Below, piece by piece: positions 1 to 8,815 of a DNA stretch of 32,000 bases. Origin of the DNA: Promethearchaeota archaeon (GTDB lineage Archaea; Asgardarchaeota; Odinarchaeia; Odinarchaeales; JBHLKK01); contig JBHLPL010000002.1 in the NCBI GenBank assembly GCA_048939465.1, forward strand, positions 1-32,000, given 5' to 3'. The translations under genes and the position numbers were made by a program. The notes beneath the pieces are model-generated. The model was not told the origin of the DNA, ran no database searches, and saw nothing but the letters and a program-made list of their open reading frames with translations. Position 1 is the first letter of the stretch. The number at the start of each line of letters is the position of its first letter.

Positions 1-360
1 CATTATGACTGCGAAGTAGGGAATTTCACTATTTACTGCAATGGAGCTCCCGAGCTCCCATGCTACCATCTCTTCTATAGAGCCTAGCCATTGCCCGTCT
101 TTTGAGAAATTCCTTAGAATCAGTCTGCCTCGAAGTCTGTCTTCTTTTCCGTCTTTAGATCTGCCTTTCCAAGCATCTTCTCTTACGCCGAGAAATCCCG
201 TATCTGTATCGTCTTCTCTAACGCGACCAATGATTTTCATATCGCGCGTAAAAGCTCGGCTTCTAGACATCCACTGTTCCCTCTGTTTGAGCCCAATTCT
301 TTCGCCATGCAAACCGGTTTTCCAAGTGTCAACAATCAATCTCTTAACCTTTTCTGACAA
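1..360 (-). CDS. Hypothetical protein, N-terminal 120 aa, runs off window edge
   Basis: Manual translation gives an open frame from TTG at 360 (MSEKVKRLIVDTWKTGLHGERIGLKQREQW...) to position 1, with a GAGGTG Shine-Dalgarno upstream. Absent from the ORF track because no stop lies in the window. Confidence 0.75.
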   Translation of the reverse strand, partial: MSEKVKRLIVDTWKTGLHGERIGLKQREQWMSRSRAFTRDMKIIGRVREDDTDTGFLGVREDAWKGRSKDGKEDRLRGRLILRNFSKDGQWLGSIEEMVAWELGSSIAVNSEIPYFAVIM

Positions 361-552
361 CTAATACACCTCATTCCCTCTCACCCGTTATACGAGGGGC
401 AATTCCTTACTTAAGTAGGCCTTCCATCTATTAAATAATGCTGGTCAAAGCGAAAGCCCGAAAGACGCCGATAAATGCCCATAATTGCTATTTTTTAGAA
501 AGAAATATATTAAAAGCCGCCAATTATTTATTCAAGTAAGGAAGGGTTTGAA

Positions 553-789
553 ATGGTTCTCGCCTGTATACTAATGAACTGTAAGAGGGGAGAATTCAAG
601 AGTATTGTGGAACAGATAAAAGACTTCGAAGGGGTTAAGTCAGCGTTTTCGACCCCTGGCAGATGGGATATTGTTGTGGAGGTTGAGACCGCAGATTTGA
701 AGGGTTTGACTGAAATCTCACTTAGAATCAATGGACTAGAGGGTGTCAGATCTACAGAAACCCTAGTCGAGGCGGATATAGAGTCCTAG
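553..789 (+). CDS. Stand-alone Lrp/AsnC ligand-binding (RAM) domain protein
   Basis: 78 aa; A-x-I-L-M start, 'STPGRWDIVVEVE' and 'GVRSTETLV' are typical of the AsnC C-terminal domain; no HTH. Confidence 0.85.
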   Translation: MVLACILMNCKRGEFKSIVEQIKDFEGVKSAFSTPGRWDIVVEVETADLKGLTEISLRINGLEGVRSTETLVEADIES

Positions 790-800
790 GAGAGAGCACT

Positions 801-1025
801 ATGACTAAGGCTTGTATCTTGATTCAAACAGAGTCCGGTGGAGTAATAGAATCATTAAGAAGAATTAGAGATATTGGAAGAGTTAGAAGAGCCTTTCCGG
901 TTTATGGAAGATATGATATTGTAGTCTTCATTGAAGGAACGGATCTTAAAGAGCTGAATGACGTCATATTGGAGATAAATTGCTTGAAAGGTATCGATAA
1001 AACGGAAACACTCCTAGAGGCCTAG
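801..1025 (+). CDS. Stand-alone Lrp/AsnC ligand-binding (RAM) domain protein, paralog of the upstream gene
   Basis: 74 aa; 'VYGRYDIVVFIE...GIDKTETL'. Confidence 0.85.
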   Translation: MTKACILIQTESGGVIESLRRIRDIGRVRRAFPVYGRYDIVVFIEGTDLKELNDVILEINCLKGIDKTETLLEA

Positions 1026-1089
1026 CGGAGATGGGGCAGAAGCCCCACGTTTTTTAGGAATCGAATTATTATAAGATAAGAGACCTACT

Positions 1090-1473
1090 ATGCGTCTAGA
1101 AAGATTATTTCCAGCAGGTATTATTCTAATTCTAATAGGCTTCCTTATTATTCTTTTAGCAAGTATGCCACCTGAAGGGGTAGGCATCCTGATATTTCCA
1201 TTCTTCTTTTTCACTTCTGGAGACGGTCTAGTTTTGATAATAGGAATCGTTGCCCTCGCTATCTTCATTGGAGTACCTATCTTTCTTCTGTTCTATATTC
1301 CTAAAAGGAAGTTTAGGATAGAAGAGTCTGAATCATTCGAGCAACCAGAAGATCCTACTGAGACGAAGTATTGTATAGCCTGCGGGACCATACTTCCAGA
1401 AAAGGCCAGATACTGCTGGCGATGCGGATCTATACAATCGAATTACCCGATAAAAGAAAACGGGGAGCAGTAA
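1090..1473 (+). CDS. Membrane protein with C-terminal double zinc ribbon
   Basis: Hydrophobic N-terminal segments, then CIACG-x10-CWRCG. Confidence 0.75.
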   Translation: MRLERLFPAGIILILIGFLIILLASMPPEGVGILIFPFFFFTSGDGLVLIIGIVALAIFIGVPIFLLFYIPKRKFRIEESESFEQPEDPTETKYCIACGTILPEKARYCWRCGSIQSNYPIKENGEQ

Positions 1474-1488
1474 GACAATCAAAATAGA

Positions 1489-2226
1489 CTAGATGGGTTT
1501 GGCTAAGCGTATGAATCCGTCAGGTGAGACAAAGAGAATCCCTTTTTCTTCTAAGGATCGAACAACCTTCATTGTAATGGCAGGTGGGACTTTCACAAAC
1601 TCTTGCAGTTCTCCTTGAGACAGTTGGCTTTTTTGAGCAAGTACAGCTACTATGTCTATCTCAGATGGAGAAGACCCAGCATCTGAAAGCAAATAATCCA
1701 AGGTGGCTTCCTCATTTCTTATCTTCTGGAGGCTCTGTTGAATAGCTCCCAAACCCGCCTGTTTCTCCTCGAACTCTTGTTTGTTTGACAGTCTGATTCG
1801 TTCAATCTCGCGATGTAGCCCGTCTGCAGTATTAGTAGCTTCTCTGAGCTCCGAATCTTGATCGGTTATTCCGCTTTGGACTCGGCCAAGCTGGCTATTG
1901 TAGTCAGCTATTTTGGATTGCAGATCATCGACTCCTCTTTTAAGGTCGACGGTCTCCTGATTCAGCTTCGCTAATTCTTCCTTCAGTTTTTCATTTCCAG
2001 CTTGAAGGTTGTTTCGTTTATCCCTTAGACTCACTATTTGCTCTTCTGAGGTCTCAATACGTTTCTCGGTTTCCTGTAGTTTCTGTTCAACAGCTTGAAT
2101 AGCCTGATTTGCCACCGTGATTTCCTTCAGGATTGATTTCAGTCCAGAAGAAGTGATTTCCTTTAGATCGGACATCTTTGATTCCCCTATTCCCAGAAGT
2201 TCTTTTATTCTTGCTATTTCAGACAT
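1489..2226 (-). CDS. Long coiled-coil protein with C-terminal winged-helix-like domain
   Basis: 245 aa, GGAGG SD; ~180 aa of heptad-like E/K/Q/L-rich sequence, then 'VVRSLEEKGILFVSPDGFIRL' (wHTH wing pattern). Confidence 0.8.
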   Translation of the reverse strand: MSEIARIKELLGIGESKMSDLKEITSSGLKSILKEITVANQAIQAVEQKLQETEKRIETSEEQIVSLRDKRNNLQAGNEKLKEELAKLNQETVDLKRGVDDLQSKIADYNSQLGRVQSGITDQDSELREATNTADGLHREIERIRLSNKQEFEEKQAGLGAIQQSLQKIRNEEATLDYLLSDAGSSPSEIDIVAVLAQKSQLSQGELQEFVKVPPAITMKVVRSLEEKGILFVSPDGFIRLAKPI

Positions 2227-2239
2227 AAGCTAGCCTCCT

Positions 2240-2986
2240 CTAGGTCTTTATCTCCTTTTTTACGGTTATCTCTCCAGTTGTGGGGTCATAATCCAATACC
2301 CCTCTTTTGGCAAGACCAGATACAACGCTCTCTATCAGTGTGGCTTTGGAAAGCGTGGTCTTTTGGAGATAGTCCACTGTGAGCGATTGCTTGCCGATCA
2401 TGCTCTCAATCACGGCCAGTTCAGGCATTTTGATTAGCTTCTCCTTAAGCAGAAACCTTAACGCCTTATGTTGGGCTTGAATTTGCCCAAGTCTCATGTT
2501 TTCATTCTCATAAGCAGCTCTGAGACCTGCGATGGCTTTTTCGTGCTCTTTTTTGATATCCTCTAAGTCTGCCTTCAGTTTCGTTATGAGATCCTGCCGT
2601 TCTTCAGTCCCGTGAACCAGTTGATCCAATTTTCGTTCAGATCCATCAAGCTCAGTCTGCTTCCGTTCAAGTTGTGACTGAAGGTTTTCTTTTTCTCTGT
2701 TAAGTCTGAGGAGTTCATCCTTCCTGTTCGCAATCTGAGTCTCTAATTGGGCTTTCTCTCCTTTAAATTGATTAATTTCAATTTCCAACTCAGAGATAAT
2801 CTTTTCCTTGTTTTCCGTCACTTGCCATTTTTCTTTCAGCATGTTTTCAAGGTTCTCAGCATGTCGGATTAACGCGTCTATTTCGGAAATTGCCTCGTTC
2901 AGTTCCCGTTCTATTGCTGCTTGGAGTTCGCTTAAAGTTGTTTTATTCTTCTTTAATGCTAAAGCCAGGGTAGACACTTCAGACAT
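2240..2986 (-). CDS. Long coiled-coil protein with C-terminal winged-helix-like domain (paralog of 1489-2226)
   Basis: ATG at 2986 after a GGGTG SD; ~185 aa coiled coil, then 'VVSGLAKRGVLDYDPTTGEITV'. Confidence 0.8.
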   Translation of the reverse strand: MSEVSTLALALKKNKTTLSELQAAIERELNEAISEIDALIRHAENLENMLKEKWQVTENKEKIISELEIEINQFKGEKAQLETQIANRKDELLRLNREKENLQSQLERKQTELDGSERKLDQLVHGTEERQDLITKLKADLEDIKKEHEKAIAGLRAAYENENMRLGQIQAQHKALRFLLKEKLIKMPELAVIESMIGKQSLTVDYLQKTTLSKATLIESVVSGLAKRGVLDYDPTTGEITVKKEIKT

Positions 2987-3233
2987 CGAAATACACCCCA
3001 AAGTCTGTTAATGTCGATTTATCGTTGGTAAAATACTCGTCGTTTATATTGAAAAATATTGCTTTAGGCCAGAGAAGTGCCAGAACGAATCCTCGATATA
3101 CAATCAAATGCACCAGGGAGAAGGTGACATCATATTTCTTTTTAAGCATTTTCTTTAGCCAATTCACCTCAAATGATAAATAAAAGATAGGAGCCAAGTC
3201 AAGATGAATTGATAAATGTCTGGTTGATGCAAG

Positions 3234-3671
3234 ATGGGTGAAGATAAACCATCAAATATTCCGTCGTTAGTACTGGCGATTGTCGCAGGAATTCTACTAA
3301 TAGTCTCGCGCACAACGGGCGGATTAGGGTTCTACGAAGCTGTGTTGAATTACGTATCCGCACAATTTGGCGGCATGGTTGCAGTAGTAATTTCTTACGT
3401 ATTATGGGCCTTGTCTATCATTGCTAGTCTTGGAGGAATTGCGGTGATAATTGGAGGAATTCTGACTTATCGTAGTAGAGCAACCACAGGTAAATTTGTA
3501 ATAAGCATCGGGGCCGGTATGGGAATTATAGGATTACTGGTGGAAGTGGGCTCAGCTGCGCTCCAGGGATGGGCAGTTTTGGCTGGATTGATGTTTGCGA
3601 TGACGCAGAGTCTTAGTTGGATTGGAGTTCTTCTTTCAATTGCTGCAAGTTTATTTGTGAGGAAAGCTTAG
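3234..3671 (+). CDS. Hypothetical multi-pass membrane protein
   Basis: 145 aa, about 4 Gly-rich hydrophobic segments. Confidence 0.75.
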   Translation: MGEDKPSNIPSLVLAIVAGILLIVSRTTGGLGFYEAVLNYVSAQFGGMVAVVISYVLWALSIIASLGGIAVIIGGILTYRSRATTGKFVISIGAGMGIIGLLVEVGSAALQGWAVLAGLMFAMTQSLSWIGVLLSIAASLFVRKA

Positions 3672-3720
3672 AAGGCTACAGAAGTAACCTGAAAGCACAC
3701 ATTCATGTAAGAGGGAGTTT

Positions 3721-4233
3721 ATGAGATTCGTGGTGGGCTGCAACTTAGAGGATTTCAAGAGCTACTATGACACAGCATTGGGAAGACTCGATGAGGTAGA
3801 GGAGTACTGGGTTTCCAAGAACCCTTCTCACCTTATTGTCTGGGAGGAGAGAGGCAGGATTATCGGTCATGCAATATGGCACGAAACCGATACGGAGGAA
3901 CATAGAAAGGGAGATCTTAGAGACAGGGAGGATAGAGAAATACTGCAGAAGCTTCTTGGTGGAAAAAAGAGCTTTATTGAGCTTCACGAGATTTGGCTGA
4001 AGGAGGAATACAGAGGAAAAGGTTACGGCAAAATGTTTTTTGAATACTTTGAAGAGTTCGTTAGGGCTAAAGGCTATAATCAGATAGTGTTCTATGCATA
4101 TCATCCGGCTGCAATAGCTATATGCCGCAAACGTGGTTATAGGGAGGCTTACGGTCTAAGGTTAGCGGTACACGGGGGAGGGGTCCAGACTTGCTTTGTG
4201 TTCTGCCTTTCCTTAAAAGCTAAGAAAGACTAG
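3721..4233 (+). CDS. GNAT-family N-acetyltransferase
   Basis: Acetyl-CoA binding motif 'EEYRGKGYGK'; GGAG SD. Confidence 0.85.
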   Translation: MRFVVGCNLEDFKSYYDTALGRLDEVEEYWVSKNPSHLIVWEERGRIIGHAIWHETDTEEHRKGDLRDREDREILQKLLGGKKSFIELHEIWLKEEYRGKGYGKMFFEYFEEFVRAKGYNQIVFYAYHPAAIAICRKRGYREAYGLRLAVHGGGVQTCFVFCLSLKAKKD

Positions 4234-5615
4234 ACAACAACTATCATCATCAGGTCATTCACGTTAGTACCTGTTGGCCCCGTAATAATTGAATCTCCCA
4301 ACTCACTGAAGAAATGGTATTCTGCATTCTCTCTCAAAGAGACGTCAGGATCGAGGCCAAGCATTTTGGATCGATCCAGCGTAGTTCCGTCCACAACGGC
4401 ACCGGCTGCAATACTATATCCATCAATGCCGTCTGTTGCCAAGGAAAGCACAATAACTCCATCAAGTCCATTGATCCCTGGGGCTGCGCTCAAAGCAACA
4501 GTTTGGTTGCGTCCTCCATTTCCATGTCCCGTTAAGGTAACAGTCGTCTCTCCACCAGCAACCATCAAGGCAGGTCTTTGTATGGGATTTCCTCGGAGAG
4601 CTATCTCCTTCGCAATCGCTGCTAGAAAAGTTCCAAGGTGTCTTGCTTCACCCTCAATACTGGATGAAAGAATAAGCGCATTCAGTGAACATTCTTCTCC
4701 TTTTTGCTTGGCAGCTTCAATTGCTAGTCTTCCGCTGGCAATAATAAGATTGTGCACTTTTTGAAAGCGTGGATCGGATTGCTTTGGCGTTTCAGGAATC
4801 TTACCCTCGACTCCTTGTTCAATTGTTGCTTGAATAGATTTAGGAGTGCGATGCCAAAGCTCATATTTCTTTAAGACACGAATCGCATCAGTGAACGTGC
4901 TTGTATCTGCTACGGTAGGACCCGACGATATGACGCCCAAAGGATCGCCAACAACGTCAGAGATAATAAGACCTAATACGGAGGCAGGATATGCTTTGGT
5001 GGCCAGTTGCCCTCCCTTTATCGCCGATATATGTTTCCTGACAGCGTTGATTTCATTAATATTTGCGCCAGATCTCAACAAAAGACTAGTAAGCTCTTGT
5101 TTTTCCTTTAATGTTACTGGAGGAGAGGGGAGCGGCAACAAGGCCGATCCACCGCCGGAGATTAGGCATATCACCAGATCCCTATCTCCCGCGGAATCTG
5201 CGAGTTCAACTATCCGTTGAGTTCCCCTAACACCGCTTTCCGTAGGAATAGGATGCCCTGCTTCATTGATTTCAATGAAGTGTGTTGCATGTTTATCTTT
5301 TGTACCCTTGAGGACGTTTACAATGCCATCGGTTATTCGATCGGCCAAGACTCTTTCTAAAGCAGTCGCCATGACTCCGCTTGCCTTGCCTCCCCCTACG
5401 ACGAAAATCCTGTCGATCTTAGTTAGATCTATTGAATGGTCATTGACGAATAGTTCTTCTTTTTTCAATCTGACATGTCTTTCTATAGCTTTTTCAGGAT
5501 TAGCGCTTTCAAGAACTGTCTCAATGATCTGCAAGGCTTTGCGTCTTGCGGACCAGTCTTTGGGTGAATGAGTGTTCTTCAACAACTGGTTCGTGTTTGT
5601 TACATATGGAGTCAT
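4230..5615 (-). CDS. gck: Glycerate 2-kinase (MOFRL/DUF4147 family)
   Basis: Motifs GGGKAS, EAGHPIP, LISGGGSAL, GGETTV, GGRNQ, TDGIDG, TGPTGTNVND. Confidence 0.93.
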   Translation of the reverse strand: MTPYVTNTNQLLKNTHSPKDWSARRKALQIIETVLESANPEKAIERHVRLKKEELFVNDHSIDLTKIDRIFVVGGGKASGVMATALERVLADRITDGIVNVLKGTKDKHATHFIEINEAGHPIPTESGVRGTQRIVELADSAGDRDLVICLISGGGSALLPLPSPPVTLKEKQELTSLLLRSGANINEINAVRKHISAIKGGQLATKAYPASVLGLIISDVVGDPLGVISSGPTVADTSTFTDAIRVLKKYELWHRTPKSIQATIEQGVEGKIPETPKQSDPRFQKVHNLIIASGRLAIEAAKQKGEECSLNALILSSSIEGEARHLGTFLAAIAKEIALRGNPIQRPALMVAGGETTVTLTGHGNGGRNQTVALSAAPGINGLDGVIVLSLATDGIDGYSIAAGAVVDGTTLDRSKMLGLDPDVSLRENAEYHFFSELGDSIITGPTGTNVNDLMMIVVV

Positions 5616-5630
5616 TATTCTTCAACAGTA

Positions 5631-6815
5631 TTAAACGGCTTTTAGCGCTTTTCCAATTCTTTCGAAAGCACCTAACGCGAAATCTAAGTCTTCTCTTGTA
5701 AGACCTGCATTCATTATTGTTCTTATCCTCGCTTTATCACGCGCAACCATCGGGAAGACGATGGGGGTCCCAAGGATTCCCTCCTCTGAGAGCCTATCAC
5801 TAAACTTGTTGGTTACATCACTTTTCCCGAGAATTACTGGCGTAATGGGGGTTTCGCTGGTTCCGGTATCAAATCCAAGCCCTTTAAGTTCTTTCTTAAA
5901 ATAGTTCGTATTATCCCACAGTCTTTTTAGCCACTGTGGTTCAGTTTGAACGACCTCCAAGGCAGCAATGCAAGCTCCACAAAGAGCTGGCGGCAATCCT
6001 GTAGTAAGAAGGAAGGTCCTTGATTTGTTCAAAGCAAAATTCCGGAGATCTTTGCTTCCCGCAATGTATCCTCCCATGGCTCCAAAGGCCTTGGAAAATG
6101 TACCCATCTCCACATCCACTTTTTCCTCCAAATGAAAATGATCAACGATTCCCTTTCCGTTTTCTCCCAGTACACCATCCCCATGGGCGTCGTCAACGTA
6201 GGTCATTGCACCATGCTCTTTGGCGAGTTCTACAATCTCATCCAAGGGGGCAATATCCCCATCCATGCTGAATACGCCGTCTGTAATCACCAGTATCCGT
6301 CTGTAATTCTTCTTTTCAACCTCAGCAAGTACCTTGCTCAGGTCTTGTGCATCACAATGCTTGTACACTGTCCTATCCGCTCTGCTCAGGCGAACGCCGT
6401 CGATTATGCTTCCATGATTCAGCTCGTCACTAACAATAATATCTCCTTTCCCCATCAGTTGAGGTATTAGACCTGAGTTTACAGTAAAACCGCTCTGATA
6501 AACGAGCGAAGCTTCAGTGCCTTTAAAATCCGCGAGCTTCTCCTCAAGTTCCTCATGTACCTCCATGTTTCCAATTATCGGACGTACTGCACCCGGACCA
6601 ACTCCATATTCTTCAATTGCTCGTAGAGCACCTTCCTTAAGTCTTGGATGATTGCTGAGATTCAGGTAATTGTTTGAGCAAAGCATCAGCATTTTTCTGC
6701 CATCCACCGCGGGATGTGGCAGACTGGGACCCTGAAGATTTTTCATTCTCCAGTCTAGGTTCTTCTCAACCAGCTCTCTGTACTCCTCTCCTAAGAAAGA
6801 TGTAGAATCTCTCAT
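5631..6815 (-). CDS. kbl: Glycine C-acetyltransferase (2-amino-3-ketobutyrate CoA ligase)
   Basis: PLP class II motifs SNNYL, SDELNHGSIIDG, DGVFSMDG, DDAHG, GTFSKAFG; lies downstream of tdh on the same strand. Confidence 0.92.
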   Translation of the reverse strand: MRDSTSFLGEEYRELVEKNLDWRMKNLQGPSLPHPAVDGRKMLMLCSNNYLNLSNHPRLKEGALRAIEEYGVGPGAVRPIIGNMEVHEELEEKLADFKGTEASLVYQSGFTVNSGLIPQLMGKGDIIVSDELNHGSIIDGVRLSRADRTVYKHCDAQDLSKVLAEVEKKNYRRILVITDGVFSMDGDIAPLDEIVELAKEHGAMTYVDDAHGDGVLGENGKGIVDHFHLEEKVDVEMGTFSKAFGAMGGYIAGSKDLRNFALNKSRTFLLTTGLPPALCGACIAALEVVQTEPQWLKRLWDNTNYFKKELKGLGFDTGTSETPITPVILGKSDVTNKFSDRLSEEGILGTPIVFPMVARDKARIRTIMNAGLTREDLDFALGAFERIGKALKAV

Positions 6816-6885
6816 TCATGAATCCTCCCATTATTCTTCTAATAGACACAGACCAGACTCTAACAGTTCAGACTTTATCTATCTT

Positions 6886-7228
6886 CCGCAAGAAGACTTT
6901 ACCCGAGAGGGCGGAGATGAATCAGATGTGTTTAGATGATTTTTCGGTAATTAAGCTTTGGTTAGGACGGTCTCAAAGAAGAGGAAGCCTGCCTAACGGC
7001 ATGGGCGTAAAACTCGGTCTGGAAGAGCAGGTCTTGCGAGTATAGCCTGCTTGACAGGGCTGCCAGGCGTCTGTGGCATAGCATGGAGTTAACCAGCCCG
7101 AGGCCTGACCTCCTGTGTATCCGTCAATTCGGAGCACGGAAACCTCCCCTCTTTGAGGCCGAAGTGTCCTCAGACGCGTAAGACAGAGAGAGGGAGGAAG
7201 CTCCTTGGGAAAGCTAGGGGGAGTTCAC
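6886..7228. mobile_element. Non-autonomous IS200/IS605-like mini-element E1 (~343 bp, no transposase)
   Basis: One end is GAAGCTCC..GGGGGAGTTCAC (tnpB-type right-end-like hairpin); the other reads TTCATCTCCGCCCTCTCGGGTAAAGTCTTCTTGCGG on the minus strand. Homologous along its length to 8432-8775 in inverted orientation. Confidence 0.7.
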
Positions 7229-7289
7229 AAATAGATTAGCCAGGCTATTGCCTCTAGGTCCTACGAATCATAAAAAAAGAGTGAGTAGC

Positions 7290-8387
7290 CTATTCCCATT
7301 TTATCTCTAAGCCCACTTTCCCTGCCTGCTTGGAAGTGAGCAGTTCCATGCCCTTATCAACATCCCTTATTGGTATTCTATGAGTGAATACCTGAGCTAT
7401 CTTCTCACGGAAGTTTGGAATCCTTAGCAATCCCTTTACCTGAAACCATGTTTCGAACATCAGTCTTCCAGTTATCCCATATATCTTTGCTGCTTTGAAA
7501 ACCACCAGATTAGTAAAATCCAACTCAAAGGGACGATGATAGATCCCCAGTACGGAAGCTCTTCCCCCAGGAGTAAGTACTTCTAATCCCTGCCTCAAAG
7601 CGGAAGCTGCGCCCGACATTTCCAAGACAACATCGACTCCAACACCATCCGTTGCGTCCGTAATTACCTTGACAAGCTTGTCTCCTTCCTCCTTTGCGCT
7701 TAGAACCATATCTGCCCCCATTTTTCTTGCCAGATCCAGCCTTATCCTATTGCTCCCACCTCCAACAGCAATGACTTGTTGGGCACCAAACGCCTTTGCA
7801 GCGGTTATGGCCATAAGCCCAGTCGGACCAGTGCCAAAAATAGCAATATTCTTTCCAGCAATGTCCTCTACATTGCCTTTCGGAAGGAGCGTATGAACGG
7901 AATTTCCCAAGGGCTCTTGAACAGACATTAGAAATGGGTCTAATTTAGGATCATTTTTCCAAGCATTCCACTCTGGAAGAGAAAAATATTCCGCAAACAC
8001 ACCGTCTATGTCAACACCAAGTATCTTCATATTTTGACAAACGTGCATCCGACCAGTCCTGCACTGATAATCCATGAAATCGACTATATGCGTTTCGGCC
8101 GATATTAGATCGCCAACCTGAAGGGATGTAACCTCCTTGCCAACTTCTACGACTTCAGCTGCGACCTCATGGCCAGGAATAAAAGGTATTCTTTTTATTC
8201 TCTGCTGTGCCCAATCATCCCATTCCCAGATATGAACATCGGTTCCGCAGATCGAAGAGGCTACTACTTTAGCGAGTACATCTCGTGATCCAATTCTTGG
8301 CATCCGCACGTTATTGACGAGTTTAGCTCCGGGCCCTCTTTCTTTCTTCATCCAAGCATACATGGACTTACTCTCCCTAAAGCTCAT
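7290..8387 (-). CDS. tdh: L-threonine 3-dehydrogenase (Zn-dependent MDR family)
   Basis: ICGTDVH, GHE, AETH, QEPLGNSVH, LEMSG, GITGRLMFETW motifs. Confidence 0.93.
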   Translation of the reverse strand: MSFRESKSMYAWMKKERGPGAKLVNNVRMPRIGSRDVLAKVVASSICGTDVHIWEWDDWAQQRIKRIPFIPGHEVAAEVVEVGKEVTSLQVGDLISAETHIVDFMDYQCRTGRMHVCQNMKILGVDIDGVFAEYFSLPEWNAWKNDPKLDPFLMSVQEPLGNSVHTLLPKGNVEDIAGKNIAIFGTGPTGLMAITAAKAFGAQQVIAVGGGSNRIRLDLARKMGADMVLSAKEEGDKLVKVITDATDGVGVDVVLEMSGAASALRQGLEVLTPGGRASVLGIYHRPFELDFTNLVVFKAAKIYGITGRLMFETWFQVKGLLRIPNFREKIAQVFTHRIPIRDVDKGMELLTSKQAGKVGLEIKWE

Positions 8388-8431
8388 ATAAATGAACCAA
8401 CAGAATGCAAACGATTCAATAACAGACAGAT

Positions 8432-8775
8432 GCAGACTAATCCCCGCTTTCGATGCAGGCTTCCTCTCTCTTTACCTCATCCGTCTGATGACACTTCGGC
8501 TTCTCAGAGGGGGTGTTCCTGTGCTTCGAATCTATGGCTGTCAAGGAGGGGGTCTCGGCGTTGGTTTACTCAAAACTGTGTCACCAGCAAGCGCAGCTTC
8601 GTATCACGGTAGAGACCGGCAGGGTCCCCACTCTCTCGGACTGGGGGTTGTGCCCACTTCTTTGGGCAGCCTTCCTCCCTCCCGGGGAACAGTTCGCCAA
8701 CCAATTATGGCACAGTAGTATTATTTAAGATCAATGTAATTCATCTCGATCTGACAATATCTGATCTTCCTGTGG
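8432..8775. mobile_element. Non-autonomous IS200/IS605-like mini-element E2 (~344 bp), diverged copy of E1
   Basis: Shares blocks GCTTCCTC, CGTCTGA(G/T)GACACTTCGGC, GGCAG.CTTCCTC and TTCATCTC...CTTC(C/T)TG(T/C)GGAAGA with the reverse complement of E1. Confidence 0.68.
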
Positions 8776-8815
8776 AAGAAAGGAAAGACTTGGAGAGGTT
8801 GATTAGGGGGTCAAG

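Noticed and set aside
2979-3197. 72-aa minus ORF upstream of the coiled-coil pair, with a GAGGTG motif at ~3165
   Set aside because: The SD-like motif leads only to a 6-codon frame; the region looks like a divergent promoter spacer.
6818-7045. Short ORFs at 6818-7045, 8392-8728, 11505-11839 and 24476-24706
   Set aside because: They overlap the mini-elements and have no protein motifs. I found no convincing TnpB C-terminal (CxxC/DRD.NAA.NI) remnant.
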